A stretch of 64,000 nt of DNA from Gracilinanus agilis. Its lineage: Eukaryota. This document shows, piece by piece, positions 45,323 to 55,989 of the stretch. The stretch spans positions 553,019,296 through 553,083,295 of the forward strand of contig NC_058131.1 of NCBI RefSeq assembly GCF_016433145.1. The letters run 5' to 3'. Each line of letters begins with the position of its first letter. Position 1 is the stretch's first letter. The notes beneath the pieces are model-generated. The model did not search any database. It was not told the DNA's origin and worked only from the letters and a program-made list of their open reading frames with translations. The position numbers and the translations under genes were made by a program.

Positions 45323-45899
45323 TCAAAGGGAGCAGTGCGACCTGGCTAGTGCCACCCGGGCGCAAAGACCAGGGGAAAAGCACCCTGCTTAAGAAACATC
45401 GGGAATCCGCCAAATGCTGCCAGTTCTTACCTTTAAGAATCTTAAAGGGGAGGTGCCCAGGTGCAGCAGGCAAATCTGAAAATCCTGAAAGGAAGTCGCA
45501 AAATAGCACGTCCAGATCTTTGCCTTTAAGAACCTCTTAAAGGAGAAGTGGATCAAGCGCAACTGAAGGGGGCAAGGCTGAAATGTATCTTGTTAAAAGT
45601 CTCTAGAAGGGTCTTCAGGACTTTGCCTTTAAGAATCTCTCAAAGACCTAGTCGTTCTGAGGACAAAGGCGGCAAATCCTGCAAAAAGTCTCAAGAGAGT
45701 ACTCCCAAGTCTCGCTTTCTAGGAGCCTTCTAAAGGAGAACGTGGTCAAACACAGCCCCAAATATTAAAAACAATAACAGGAATAATCATTGCAAACAAA
45801 TCGCTCTCCTTCCCTCACCTGGGCCTACGTGTCAATGTCCTTACTTTTAAGATGCCCTTAAAGGGGCAGGCGCCCAGGGCAGAGATGTCTGTATTCGTC

Positions 45900-46620
45900 A
45901 CCCCCTCCCCTAGGCTCGCGGGAGGCCGAGGGTTACCTCTCCAGGTACTCAGCTTTGGTCAGGCCTGAGGAATCCTGGGAGTTTTTGGTTTCCTAGATGG
46001 GTCTCCTTAACAGAAACCGACGGGAGGGACTCAGGGTAGGGTGGGGTGGTTGGTGGTGACCATGGTAACCGCGGTGACCATGGCGACGGACTCGGCTCTT
46101 AGAGCACTGAGAGGTCGTGGCACGACTTGGAGCGCTGCTTGAAGAACTTGGCGTGGCGGGGCACCAGGTTGGCCAGGAAGCGTTTGGCCTTCTTGGTGAG
46201 GCTCTCGCGGCGCGCGGGTGGTGGCGGGGGTTGTGGCTGCAGCTGCGCAGCGCCGTCGGGGCCTTCTGGGTTGCCCTCGGTTGCGGCTGCAGCCGCCCGG
46301 GCCCGGCTCCTGCGCAGGCGGATCTGGCGTACGGCTCCCTCGAACAGCTCCCGCGTGTTGTGGTGCAGCGCAGCCGACGTCTCTATGTGCTTGCAGCTCA
46401 GCATCCCCGCCAGATGGCGGCCTTCTGTGGCGGGGACACGAGGCAGGGCCCGCTCAGGCAGCTGCCCCTGGAGGGGCGCCCGCGGGGCCCTGGGGTCTCG
46501 TTAATAACGAGGATCACCCTAACCTGGCATGTCCTTGGAACCCAGAGCTTGGCCTAAACCTCTGATCTGCCGCAGCCACCTTGTGGCGTGGGCGGGGAAT
46601 GCAGTGATGATCCCTCCCGC
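45900..46620. promoter_or_regulatory. Intragenic 3' CpG island over the REM2 last exon
   Basis: Very CpG-dense (CGCGCGCG, GCCGCCCGGGCCCGG) against a CpG-poor background. Boundaries are approximate. Confidence 0.7.
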
Positions 46621-49600
46621 TCCATCCACAACCCATTTTACAGGTGATCAGAAGCAGTAGGGGCGCTGCTGTCAAAATCCAAGAGTACTTGCCCACCCCA
46701 AGCTCGGAATCCTTTCAGTTTTTGTTGGATACAAGTAATGTAAAGTTCAAGGGGGAATGGGGGGAGGGGAGAGGAGGAGGATTTTTGTTCGTTGAAAAAA
46801 ATTAAATACATTTTTTCCCCAGGCAACATAGGATGGCTGACCTTATGATCTCTCTCCCTGCTTTGGACTCTCCTGTCCATTTCCCATAGGTTCCATGGAC
46901 CTCACCATTGTCACCAAAGACTACTAATTGGGGAAGGTGGGGGGGGGGGATTTGAACCTAGGTGTCTCCATTCTATAAAATCTAGCACATTCATCATGCC
47001 TTGGGGACTAGAGGGAGAAAGGGGATGGACATTCTTGGATTGCAATATCAAAAGGAGAGGAGAGGTCAGGGGTGCCTTCCTGAAAGGATTGGTGCAAGAT
47101 GGCCCAGTATTTATGGAATGGGCCAAAAGATGGGGGACTCTTGAGGAGTCAGGAAGAAGGGAAAGACTGGGAAGAGGAGAAGAGGGACTTAGATTATTAA
47201 CAGAGATGAGGAGTTATTGATAATAAAAGAATAGAATAGTTACATCAAGCATTTTTATAACACTTACTATGTTCCAGGCACTTTATAAGTAATATCTCAT
47301 TTGATCATTATAACAACTCTGGGAAGTAGATACTATTTATTATCTCCATTTTACAGTTGAGGAAAGTTAGGCAAACAAGTTAAACGACTTGCTCAAGTTC
47401 ATACATCTAGTAACTGTCCTAGGCTAGAGTGGAACTAAAGTCTTCCTAACTCTAAGCACAACATTCTATCCACTGCACCACCTGGCTACCACATCTTTAT
47501 GTAGTGGGTAGAGCACTGAATTTGGAATATGGAAGAATTGGGTTCCAATCCCACTTCATTTAACAGTTGTGTAACCCTTAGCAAACCACTACGGGCCTCA
47601 GTTTTCTCATCTGTAAAACAAGGGAATTGGACTGGTTGACCTTTTAAGATTTCTTCTAGCTCTAAATCTATGAGCTTGTGATTTCAGAGGAGATGTAGGG
47701 ATGAGGGAGGGGACTGAAGTACATGAAGGAGTATGCATGAAGGGGCAAGGAGAAGGGATCTGCCCAAAGAATGGAATGGAGGACAGAGGAAGCTAGGGAG
47801 AAAAGACAGGCCAAGGAGGTACATGGCTGCTGAGAGGGAAAGGAGTCCCAAGCTCTAGGGAGAGGGTGACACAGAAATCTGAGAGTTGGGTGGAGGTATA
47901 ATTGTGTTCAGACAAAAGGGGGCCTGATACCCTGGTGGGAAAGAATCTTAGGGGAAATGGCAAAGAGATCTTTTGGGCTTGGAAGAAGAGAGTGAATTCA
48001 GGATATTTACCTTCTAGTGAGACTTCCCTGGAACGAGCAAGGTCACTCTTGTTGCCCACTAAGATGATGGGTAGATCGTGGTGGGGACGCCCAGCCCGAA
48101 GCCGAAGCAATGTCTCAGGCACTTTGGAGAAGCTTCTTCGGTCCGTGACAGAGAAGACAATGAGGAAGGCATCCCCAGTTTGAAGGCAGTGTTCCCTGAG
48201 CCAGCTACCTGCTTCTCCCTGTAGGGAGGGACATAAAAAACCAATTACTGAATGTTAGGGCTATAAAAGAGATGTTGGAGATTATCTCTCCCAACCCAAT
48301 AGTTGATAACAGATGAAGAAACGGGTCCAGAGTGGGGAAAATATTTGACTAAGTGGTAAAATTGGTGTGCTCGTGGGAGAGTGTAATCCCCATTAAACTT
48401 CCACAGAAGAGAACTAGGCATGCAGGAGCCTATTTTTACAAAATGAGGGGATCGATCCCTAAACTATTGCTTTAAAAAATGTGATAGTTACTTTGAGACC
48501 ATTTTGTTAAATGTAAACTGCCCTCCCCTCATTGTCTCAAGGTTCCAAGTTTCTGCCAACAGGCTGTGCTGATTTGTCAGGGTAGAGGGGTAAGATAAGT
48601 AGTGGTCTGGGCTTCTTTGTTTAGCCAAAGGGATGAGAATGGTAGGCTGGAACCCTGGGGAAATTCTAAGGAGCCAAGGACCCAATTCCTAAACCCTCAG
48701 TATCTCCCATGATGGGTTGGCCTCCCTCTACCTTTCTACTTTCTTCCAGCTTTAAAGCTACTCTCACCTGTTCCCAGATGTCATACACCACCAATGTCAC
48801 CTCTTCTTTATCCACTATGATGTGTCTTTCATAGGTGTCCTCTGTCAGGGGACAAAGAAAGGGAACAGAGACCTTTTAGTAAGCAGTCCAAGTCCGGGAA
48901 AACCAACCAGGGACCTCAGCCACTAAAGGTGTCTTCATGCATCCTAGGCACTAAGGCTATTTTCATAAGAATTCCTTTTTCTAAGGAACAAACCCTTAGA
49001 GGCCACAGGCTTTCCCTTCCACCTTGGATCTTCAAATATCTTCTTCTCAGGGTTCCAAAGACCCATTTGCCTACCACCTGGTCATTATAGTCCATACATG
49101 TGAATCCATACATATGAGCTCCATTCCAATACCTGTGTTCTCAGGCTCATGGGCATTATCATCTTGAAGTCCTCCAAAAGTGCCTGCCAGGGCACTTTTG
49201 CCCACACCGCTCTCACCCAGAAGCATCACCTTGAAGACACCACCTCTCCCAGTTGGTGCTGCTTCCCCTGAACCCAGAGAGTCAGAGGAGTCAGAGGATA
49301 AGGCTTGGGGTGGCCAGTCCAACTCATCCACTGCTTGGGCCCGTCTCAGTTGGTGTTTGTAGGGCACTGGCATACTGCCTCTTCGTCGAGGAGCTCCCAC
49401 AGCTGGGGATAGCCCAGCCCGTTCCAGCCCAGCTAGTAGCTTGTCTCGCTTGTTTGGCACTGTGGCATCTGTTGCAGGGGGACAAAGAGAGGTCAGTTAT
49501 GTACAGGGTCTCTCTCCCTGAAGGAAGGCCAACTTTGAACAGGCTATCTCTTATCCCATCTGAGGAAGGGATCTTCATTTTGTATTCTTCCTCCTTCTCC

Positions 49601-51070
49601 TGGTAGGATCAGAGGAGACTAGCACCAGCCTTGGGGAAAGCTGGGAAGTTGATGCCAATGCTCCTCATCCCAAACTGAGACCTGGGATATCAGATGCTCA
49701 TAACAGCATGATCTGAGGAGAGTTCATTTTCTTCATGTGGTTTCCCCCACTACGGTCCATTACAAAAGATACATATGCATGGGGTGGCACATGCGCACAC
49801 TCACAGGTTCTCACACACCCACTCACACTTCCATGACACATGCATGAACCCTAGGTCTGGCCTCTGTCCCTAAAGCTATCCCCATTCCTTGTCATCCATG
49901 CTCATTCAGCTCCGCTTTGTGGGTGTGCAGGCAATGATCCATCATGCTTTTATTGTGAAAACCCAAGTCAGCTCCTAGGCAAGAAGAGAGGGAGAACCCG
50001 AGAGGTTTTCTTTCAGAGCTTGAGGGGCTACTGGGCTGAAAAAGTAGGTGAGCAGAGAACTGTGAAGAGGGAATCTGTTTCCAGAGTGAGTGTGAGATAT
50101 TCTTGTTTAGATATCAGACTGTCCGTGGGCATATCAGGGTGAGAGACTGTCCCATTTTGTGATTCCCTGGAGAACCCAGGAACAAGTCAGGTGTAGGTAA
50201 GAGAATTTGTCTGTATCCCAGGCTGTCCCCGTGAGTGGGAGAGTATGTAGTGTTTGTGTAGGGGTGGCAGCTCAGTGTGAGTCTGTGTGTGTCCTGTGTG
50301 AGTGAGTCTGTGTGTGCGGCTCCCTGCTCCTTTGTGTGTCTCTGAGTGACAAGGTATGGGTCAGTGTAACAAGAGGAGGTTCAGACACAACAAAGACGGA
50401 TGGGGAGAAGCTGGAAATAGCCCGATCGATAACTAGAGGCAGTCTGGGCCACCAGGAGCCTGGAAGAAGCCTTCACAACAGGTCTTGGGAGCAAAGCTGT
50501 CCCCCTCCCAGTATCTCTAGGATATGTTCTGGCTTCTCTTTCCTTCCCCTTTCTCCCCCTCACCAAGCAGCCTGCCTCCTTTCTCCTTCTCCTTCTCTCT
50601 CTCAGATTGGTGCCCTAACCTTCTCTCTTGGGGAGCCAGTGGGGCAAAGGGGAAGTAGGGCATAATATAAGATAGAAGGGCTTTTCAGCCAATTTCCAAA
50701 ATCGGAGATGGAGAGGGGCTGCTATCGCTCCCACTTCCGACTTTAGCTCCCAACCCTAGATCATCTGGGAATCCCCATCCAATTCTGGGGGGCTATTTCC
50801 CTCTTGGTTGTTGTGGTTCAGTTTCTCCAGCCCTCATTTCTAATCAGCCCCTCCTCTCCATCTTACCAAAAAAAAGAAACCCACCAGAATCCCCTGAAAC
50901 CTACTCCCCCTCATGCACACACAGGGCTGCAGTCAGTCTGTCCCAGGGTGGAGGAATCAGCCCCTCTCACCTGGTGCTGCTATCACTGGGGAGGAAGCCC
51001 CAGCGCCCGAAGGGCAGAGGGCTGCTGTGTCCGTATCCGTGTCCATATCTGTGTCCGTGTCCGTGTGCAT
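46099..51070 (-). CDS. REM2: GTP-binding protein REM2 (RGK family small GTPase), 347 aa, 5 exons
   Basis: Exons (minus strand): 51070-50971, 49468-49133, 48841-48768, 48218-48011, 46424-46099. All GT-AG, 1044 nt. Starts MHTDTDTDMDTDTDTAALCPSG. Contains RRRGSMP, P-loop GESGVGKS, RGK-type DIWE, NKSD, ETSAA, polybasic KKAKRFLANLV and C-terminal RSKSCHDLSVL*. Confidence 0.97.
47240..47680. mobile_element. MAR1/MIR-type SINEs in REM2 intron 4 (minus copy about 47240-47490, plus copy about 47500-47680)
   Basis: CCATTTTACAGTTGAGGAAA and TCAGTTTTCTCATCTGTAAAA core motifs in opposite orientations. Confidence 0.7.
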
Positions 51071-51109
51071 CTCTGTGCGTGTGCCCCAGTCTGGGATCTC
51101 CGGAATCTT

Positions 51110-51275
51110 TCTCTCACTCAGCAGCTCTGTCAGCTTTTCCCTTTAAATACACCCCCATCCCCCCCACCCCAACACACGCACTTTCCACTCCCCCTAGACA
51201 CCTGGGGGAATAGCCCCGCCTCCTCGTGAAGTCATATATGCTAATGAGCAGTGATGTCATCGGGATTCCCTCCTT
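51110..51275 (-). promoter_or_regulatory. REM2 core promoter
   Basis: TATA-like TATTTAAA on the minus strand (51149-51142), about 75 nt upstream of the ATG. Also a GC box (about 51214-51223), CRE-like TGAAGTCA (51227-51234) and TGATGTCA (51252-51259), and octamer-like ATGCTAAT (51238-51245). Confidence 0.6.
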
Positions 51276-51823
51276 TCAGATTCCCCTCCCCATCGTCCCT
51301 TTTCTCTCTCTTCCTTTGTGAAGCTTTCCTCTGGAATCCCCCAACCCCACACGCGATTCTACACACCCATCCCATTCTCTGGTCCAGTACACGGGAAAGA
51401 CAGACCCAAGTCCGTAGAGGGGCCGATGGATAGGGACAGAGAAAGAGATTTGGACAGAAAGACACAGGGGCAGAAAAAATGATCAAGAGGGTGAAGGGCA
51501 TGGAGAAGCAGGGACAAAAAGATGTACCAGCTAGCAAAGGAAAGCCTTTCTTATTTCTGGGTCTCAATTCTCCAGAGACAAGCTACTCTGGGAATTCAGA
51601 GGGCTTATGGAGCTGGTCTTGATTCTTGAAATCGATTTGGGCCGGGCTTTGAAGTCTGTAAAGAGTCGGAGGAAGGGGCATTTCAGGAGGGAATAAATAG
51701 CATGAGCAAAGGCATGAAGGTAGGAAATTGTAAGATTTATTTGTGGCTAGTTTAGTTTCTTTTAATTGAAGTATGAGGTGTGTATTAAAGAATAATGAGA
51801 AAGGGCAGGTAGGTGGCTCAGTG

Positions 51824-51985
51824 GATTGAAAGCCAGGAGATCCTGGGTTCAAATGTGACCTCAGAAACTAGATGTGTGACCCTGGGCAAGTCACTTAACC
51901 CCCATAGCCTAGTCCTCACCACTCTTCTGCCTTGGAACCAATACACAGTATTGATTCTAAGATAGAAGGTAAGGGTTAAAAAACC
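51824..51985 (+). mobile_element. SINE1-like SINE
   Basis: GTGGCTCAGTGGATTGA head and GAAGGTAAGGGTTAAAAAA tail. Confidence 0.8.
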
Positions 51986-52113
51986 AAAAAGAGTAATGGC
52001 AACAACTCTGAAAAGATAAGGCTGAAAGAGCTTGCAGAATCTTGAATGCTAGTGTAAGTAGTTTGGACTTTATTTGGCAGGTAATAGTGAGCCATTAAAA
52101 GTTGTGGGGAAGG

Positions 52114-52211
52114 TGACCCTGGGCAAGTCACTTGACCCCCATTGCCCATCCTTACCAATCTTCCACCTATGAGACAATACACCGAAGTACAAGGGTTTAA
52201 AAAAAAAAAAA
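52114..52211 (+). mobile_element. 5'-truncated young SINE1 variant with 17-bp TSD
   Basis: TSD AAAAGTTGTGGGGAAGG at 52097-52113 and 52208-52224. The tail ACACCGAAGTACAAGGGTTTAAAA is shared with the copy at 55155. Confidence 0.88.
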
Positions 52212-52464
52212 GTTGTGGGGAAGGACAGCGTTAATTTGTTCCCTTCTGCTATTTAAAGGTCCTTTAAACCTCTTTTATTGCAGTTTTGCATTCTATGGTT
52301 TTTTGGTACACATGTCTTACTTTCTGCCTTCCTGGGCAAATTTTATTTTCCATCTGGGGACCCAGTTTCTTCATCTGTAAAATAAGGAGGTTGAACTAGA
52401 TAATCTCTATACTCTTCACCCCTTAATCGATTAGTCCATATTCTTTTTATTCCCTTTAGTATTA

Positions 52465-52690
52465 AAAAAAAAACAAACCCAACTTATCTTCCATCTTAGC
52501 ATCAATACTATATATTGGTGCCAAGACAAAAGATCAGTAAGGGCTAGGCAATGGAGGGCAGAGAGGAAGGGGTTGATGTTAAGTGACTTGCCCAGGGTCA
52601 TATAGCTAGGAAGTGTCTGAGTCCAAATTTGAACCCAGGATCTCCTGTCTCTAGTCCTGACTCTCTATCTACTGAGCCACCCAGCTTGCC
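52465..52690 (-). mobile_element. SINE1-like SINE
   Basis: Reverse-oriented consensus with a 20-nt purine insertion. Confidence 0.8.
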
Positions 52691-53029
52691 TTCCTCCCCA
52701 ATAGTGTTTTGACTATAGGTGTTCAGTAAATATTTTTGGTGAATTAATGAACGAATAAAAAAAGAACAAATGAATGCAATACTAAATCTTGTATATCAGA
52801 AGAAGGTCATGGGAAGAAGCAGGACTCAAGGCAGAGAGCCAGGTGCTTTGTGGTTCTTTTTTTTGGCTACTTAATCTTGCTCCCCAAATTGGTACAATCT
52901 GGGACCGCCTTCTCTGTGAGATCATTGTCTTCCTGCCTCAGGAAAAGGGAAATGTGAATTCCTAGTAGGTAGTAGTAGGTACCCAAAAGGGTGGAAGGGA
53001 CATAGACCCAGAGTTAAGATGATATGGCC

Positions 53030-53225
53030 AGGGGCAGCTAGGTAGCACAACACCAGGCCTGGAGTTGGGAGGACCTGGGTTCAAATCTGGCCTTAGACTC
53101 TTCCTAGTTGCGTGTCTCTGGGCAAGTCACTTAATCCTACTTGCCTAGCCCTTACTGTTCTTCTGCTTTGAAATCCATACTTCGTATCGATTCTAAGACA
53201 GAAGGTAAGGGTTTAAAAATAAAAA
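53030..53225 (+). mobile_element. SINE1/MAR1-like SINE
   Basis: GGGGCAGCTAGGTAGCAC head, GGGTTCAAATC B box and A-tail. Confidence 0.85.
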
Positions 53226-54579
53226 ACCTAATGAAGAAACATGATACTTGTTTCCTAATGGAGAAGTGATGCAAGCTGAGATGTTCATACATTTTTGGAT
53301 ATGACCAGTTTGGGAATTTTTGTTTGATTTCTCATTTGTTACAAAGGCTTTTTATTTTGTTTTTTAACTCCCCCCCCAAATAAGGGGCTGAGAGAGGGGG
53401 AGAGGGAGAAAAAGTAAATTCTTATAAACTGGAAAAAAAAAAGAGTGCAGCCCAACAGATAAAAGGAATGACTGGGCAAGATTTATAAAGATAATGACAT
53501 AGGAATTCTCCTCTTAGTGGAGGTAAAATTTTAACTGGTAAAAACCACTGGTGAGTCATTTCTTGTCTCCTCTCCTGTTCCTTTCCCCACTCACCTTCCT
53601 CCCAAAGTGAAGGTGTAACAATTGCCCTCTCATCTCTGATCCTGACCCCCACCAAACCTAGGGAGAAATGTCAAGGTCTGCCAACATTCTTCCCCCTGCA
53701 GAATCAGGAGAGCTCCATTAATGGATTTAAGAAAGCTTGGATTATGTGGGCCCCAACTGGCTGCACAGGTTATTTCTACTTTACTGTTCAGCCCGACCCT
53801 TAACCCTCTTTCCCATCTTCTCTCCTCATGCCCAATTCCATCCCTCTGTGTTTGTTTTTATGCTCCACAGGGCACCTGGAGCTGTCACAGAAGGGAGGAA
53901 GAAATATGAAAATCTCCAGAATAAATTCCGTGTTACCTAACTTAGGTGAGCAGTAGGTAACATTTATGAAGCACTGTGAGAACTACACATTACTTCAGTT
54001 GTAAGGTAGTTACTACAAGTATTATTGTCCCCATTTTACAGATGTGGAAACTGAGGTTCAGAAAAGTTCAATCACTTGCTTCTTGTCCTATAGCTAGTAA
54101 GCTGGTCCTTGGAATTCATATAAGTATCAGTTCCAAGGCAGAAGAGTGGTTAAGGCTAGGAAATTGGATTTAAGTGATTTGTCCAGGATCACACAGCTAG
54201 GAAATGTCTGAGGGCAGACTTGATAGCTAGTAAGTTTTAGAGGCAGGATTTGACCACCAGTTCTTCCTTAAAGTCTAACACTCTGAGGTCATTTATAACA
54301 GGACTAAATCATGTTATTCCCTTGTTCAGAAACCCATAAATCCCATCTGGAACATACCGTAGAAATTTTCAAAAAGAAATGGCCCAAAGCCCATGCACTT
54401 TTAGCAGTGGAGATAGACAGGCCTCAGCAGTTTAGAAGCAGCAGTTTAGGAGCAGGGGAGGGGCTGCTAGAATTAGTATTATCAAGAAGTAATCACTGAC
54501 AGCCTGCAAGTGGAGGAAGGAGATAGGAAAACTACAAAAAACAGACATAACTTAAAAACATAGTAGTATGGGATACGAG

Positions 54580-54830
54580 GACAGCCAGGTAGTGAAGTGG
54601 ATAGAGTGCTGGGCTTGAGCCAGGAAGACTCATCTTATTGAGTTCAAATTTGCCCTCAGATACTTACTAGCCGTTCGACTCTGGGCAAGTCACTTAACCC
54701 TGTTTGCCTCAGTTTCCCTATTTGTAAAGTGAGCTAGACAAGGAAATGGCAAACCACTCCAATATATTTGCCAAGAAAATTCTAACTGGGGTCATGAAGA
54801 ATTAGACAAGACTGAGAAACGACTGACCTG
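54580..54830 (+). mobile_element. MAR1-type SINE
   Basis: GAGTTCAAATTTGCCCTCAGA, CAGTTTCCCTATTTGTAAAGTGAGCT and AAGGAAATGGCAAACCACTCC tail. Confidence 0.75.
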
Positions 54831-55154
54831 AAGGGGATCCAAGAATGTAGGGACTGAAACCCACTCCCCACATTTATATAGTTATATAATAATCTATAAA
54901 ATAGGCCAACTCTGGGCCTGTGTCTTTCCCTTAAGGGATTTCACTTCTGGTTACACATCCTGATAAGTAGTATAACTTGACATTTCAGTAGATTGTAATC
55001 ATTTTGAAAATAGGCACAGTTTGTCCTTTGGTTTTTGTATCTCCAACACTAGACCACAGTGCCTTCACACATTTTGGTTTAGTCATTTTTTTTTAGTTAT
55101 GTCCAACTCTTTTTTGTTCTTTAAAAATTTTTTTTATTAAAGATATTTTATTTG

Positions 55155-55324
55155 GGGGCAGCTGGGTAGCTCAGTGGAGTGAGAGTCAGGTCCTAGGTTC
55201 AAACCCGGCCTCAGCCACTTCCCAGCTGTGTGACCCTGGGCAAGTCACTTGACCCCCATTGTCCACCCTTACCAATCTTCCACCTATGAAACAATACACC
55301 GAAGTACAAGGGTTTAAAAAAAAA
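55155..55324 (+). mobile_element. Young SINE1 variant inserted into an L1 tail
   Basis: Intact head and TSD AAAGATATTTTATTT on both sides (about 55140-55154 / 55322-55336). Confidence 0.9.
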
Positions 55325-55329
55325 GATAT

Positions 55330-55950
55330 TTTATTTTACTAAATTACATGTAATAACAATTTTCCATACGTTTTCTCAAGTTCTAAGATCCAAATAGTGT
55401 CCCTTCCTTTCTTCCCTCCTTTCTTTTCCTGGAGATGGTAAGCATTTTGGTCTGGGTTATACATGTATTATCATGCAAAACCTGTTTCCACATTGTTCAC
55501 TATTGTAAGAGAATACTTATACAAAACCAAAACCCCCAAATAAAAACCCAGTTAACCAAAGTGAAAAATAGTATACTTTGGTCTGCCTCCATCTGACTCA
55601 GCTCTTTCTTTGGAGGTGGACAACATTCTTTTTCATGAGTCCCTCAGAATTGTCCTGGATCATCGTCTTGCTGAGAGTAGCTAAGTCTATCACAATTGAT
55701 CCTTCCACAGTATTGCTGTTACTGTGTACAATGTCATCCTGGTTCTGCTTATATTTCACTCTGCATCAGTTCATGGAGGTTTTTCTAGTTTCTGAAATCA
55801 TCCTGTTCATCATTTCTTAGAGTACAATTGTATTCATCACCATCATATACCACAATTTGTTCTGCCATTCCCCAGTTAATGGACATCCCCTCAGTGTCTA
55901 ATTCTTTGTACCACAAAAAGAAATGCTATAAATATTTTTGTACAAGTAGG
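55330..55950 (-). mobile_element. L1 3' fragment
   Basis: Reverse-oriented L1 ORF2 end/3'UTR similar to 6215-6800. The tail continues left of the SINE to about 55105. Confidence 0.8.
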
Positions 55951-55989
55951 TCCTCCCCCCATTTTAAAAAATAACTCTTACCTTCTGAC

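Noticed and set aside
45232-45733. ORFs (102, 63, 61 aa) over the REM2 3'UTR hairpin array
   Set aside because: Short, with no homology. The recurring LPLR/LKG words only reflect the nucleotide palindromes.
46117-46565. Three plus-strand ORFs antisense to the REM2 last exon
   Set aside because: Shadow ORFs of a GC-rich coding exon.
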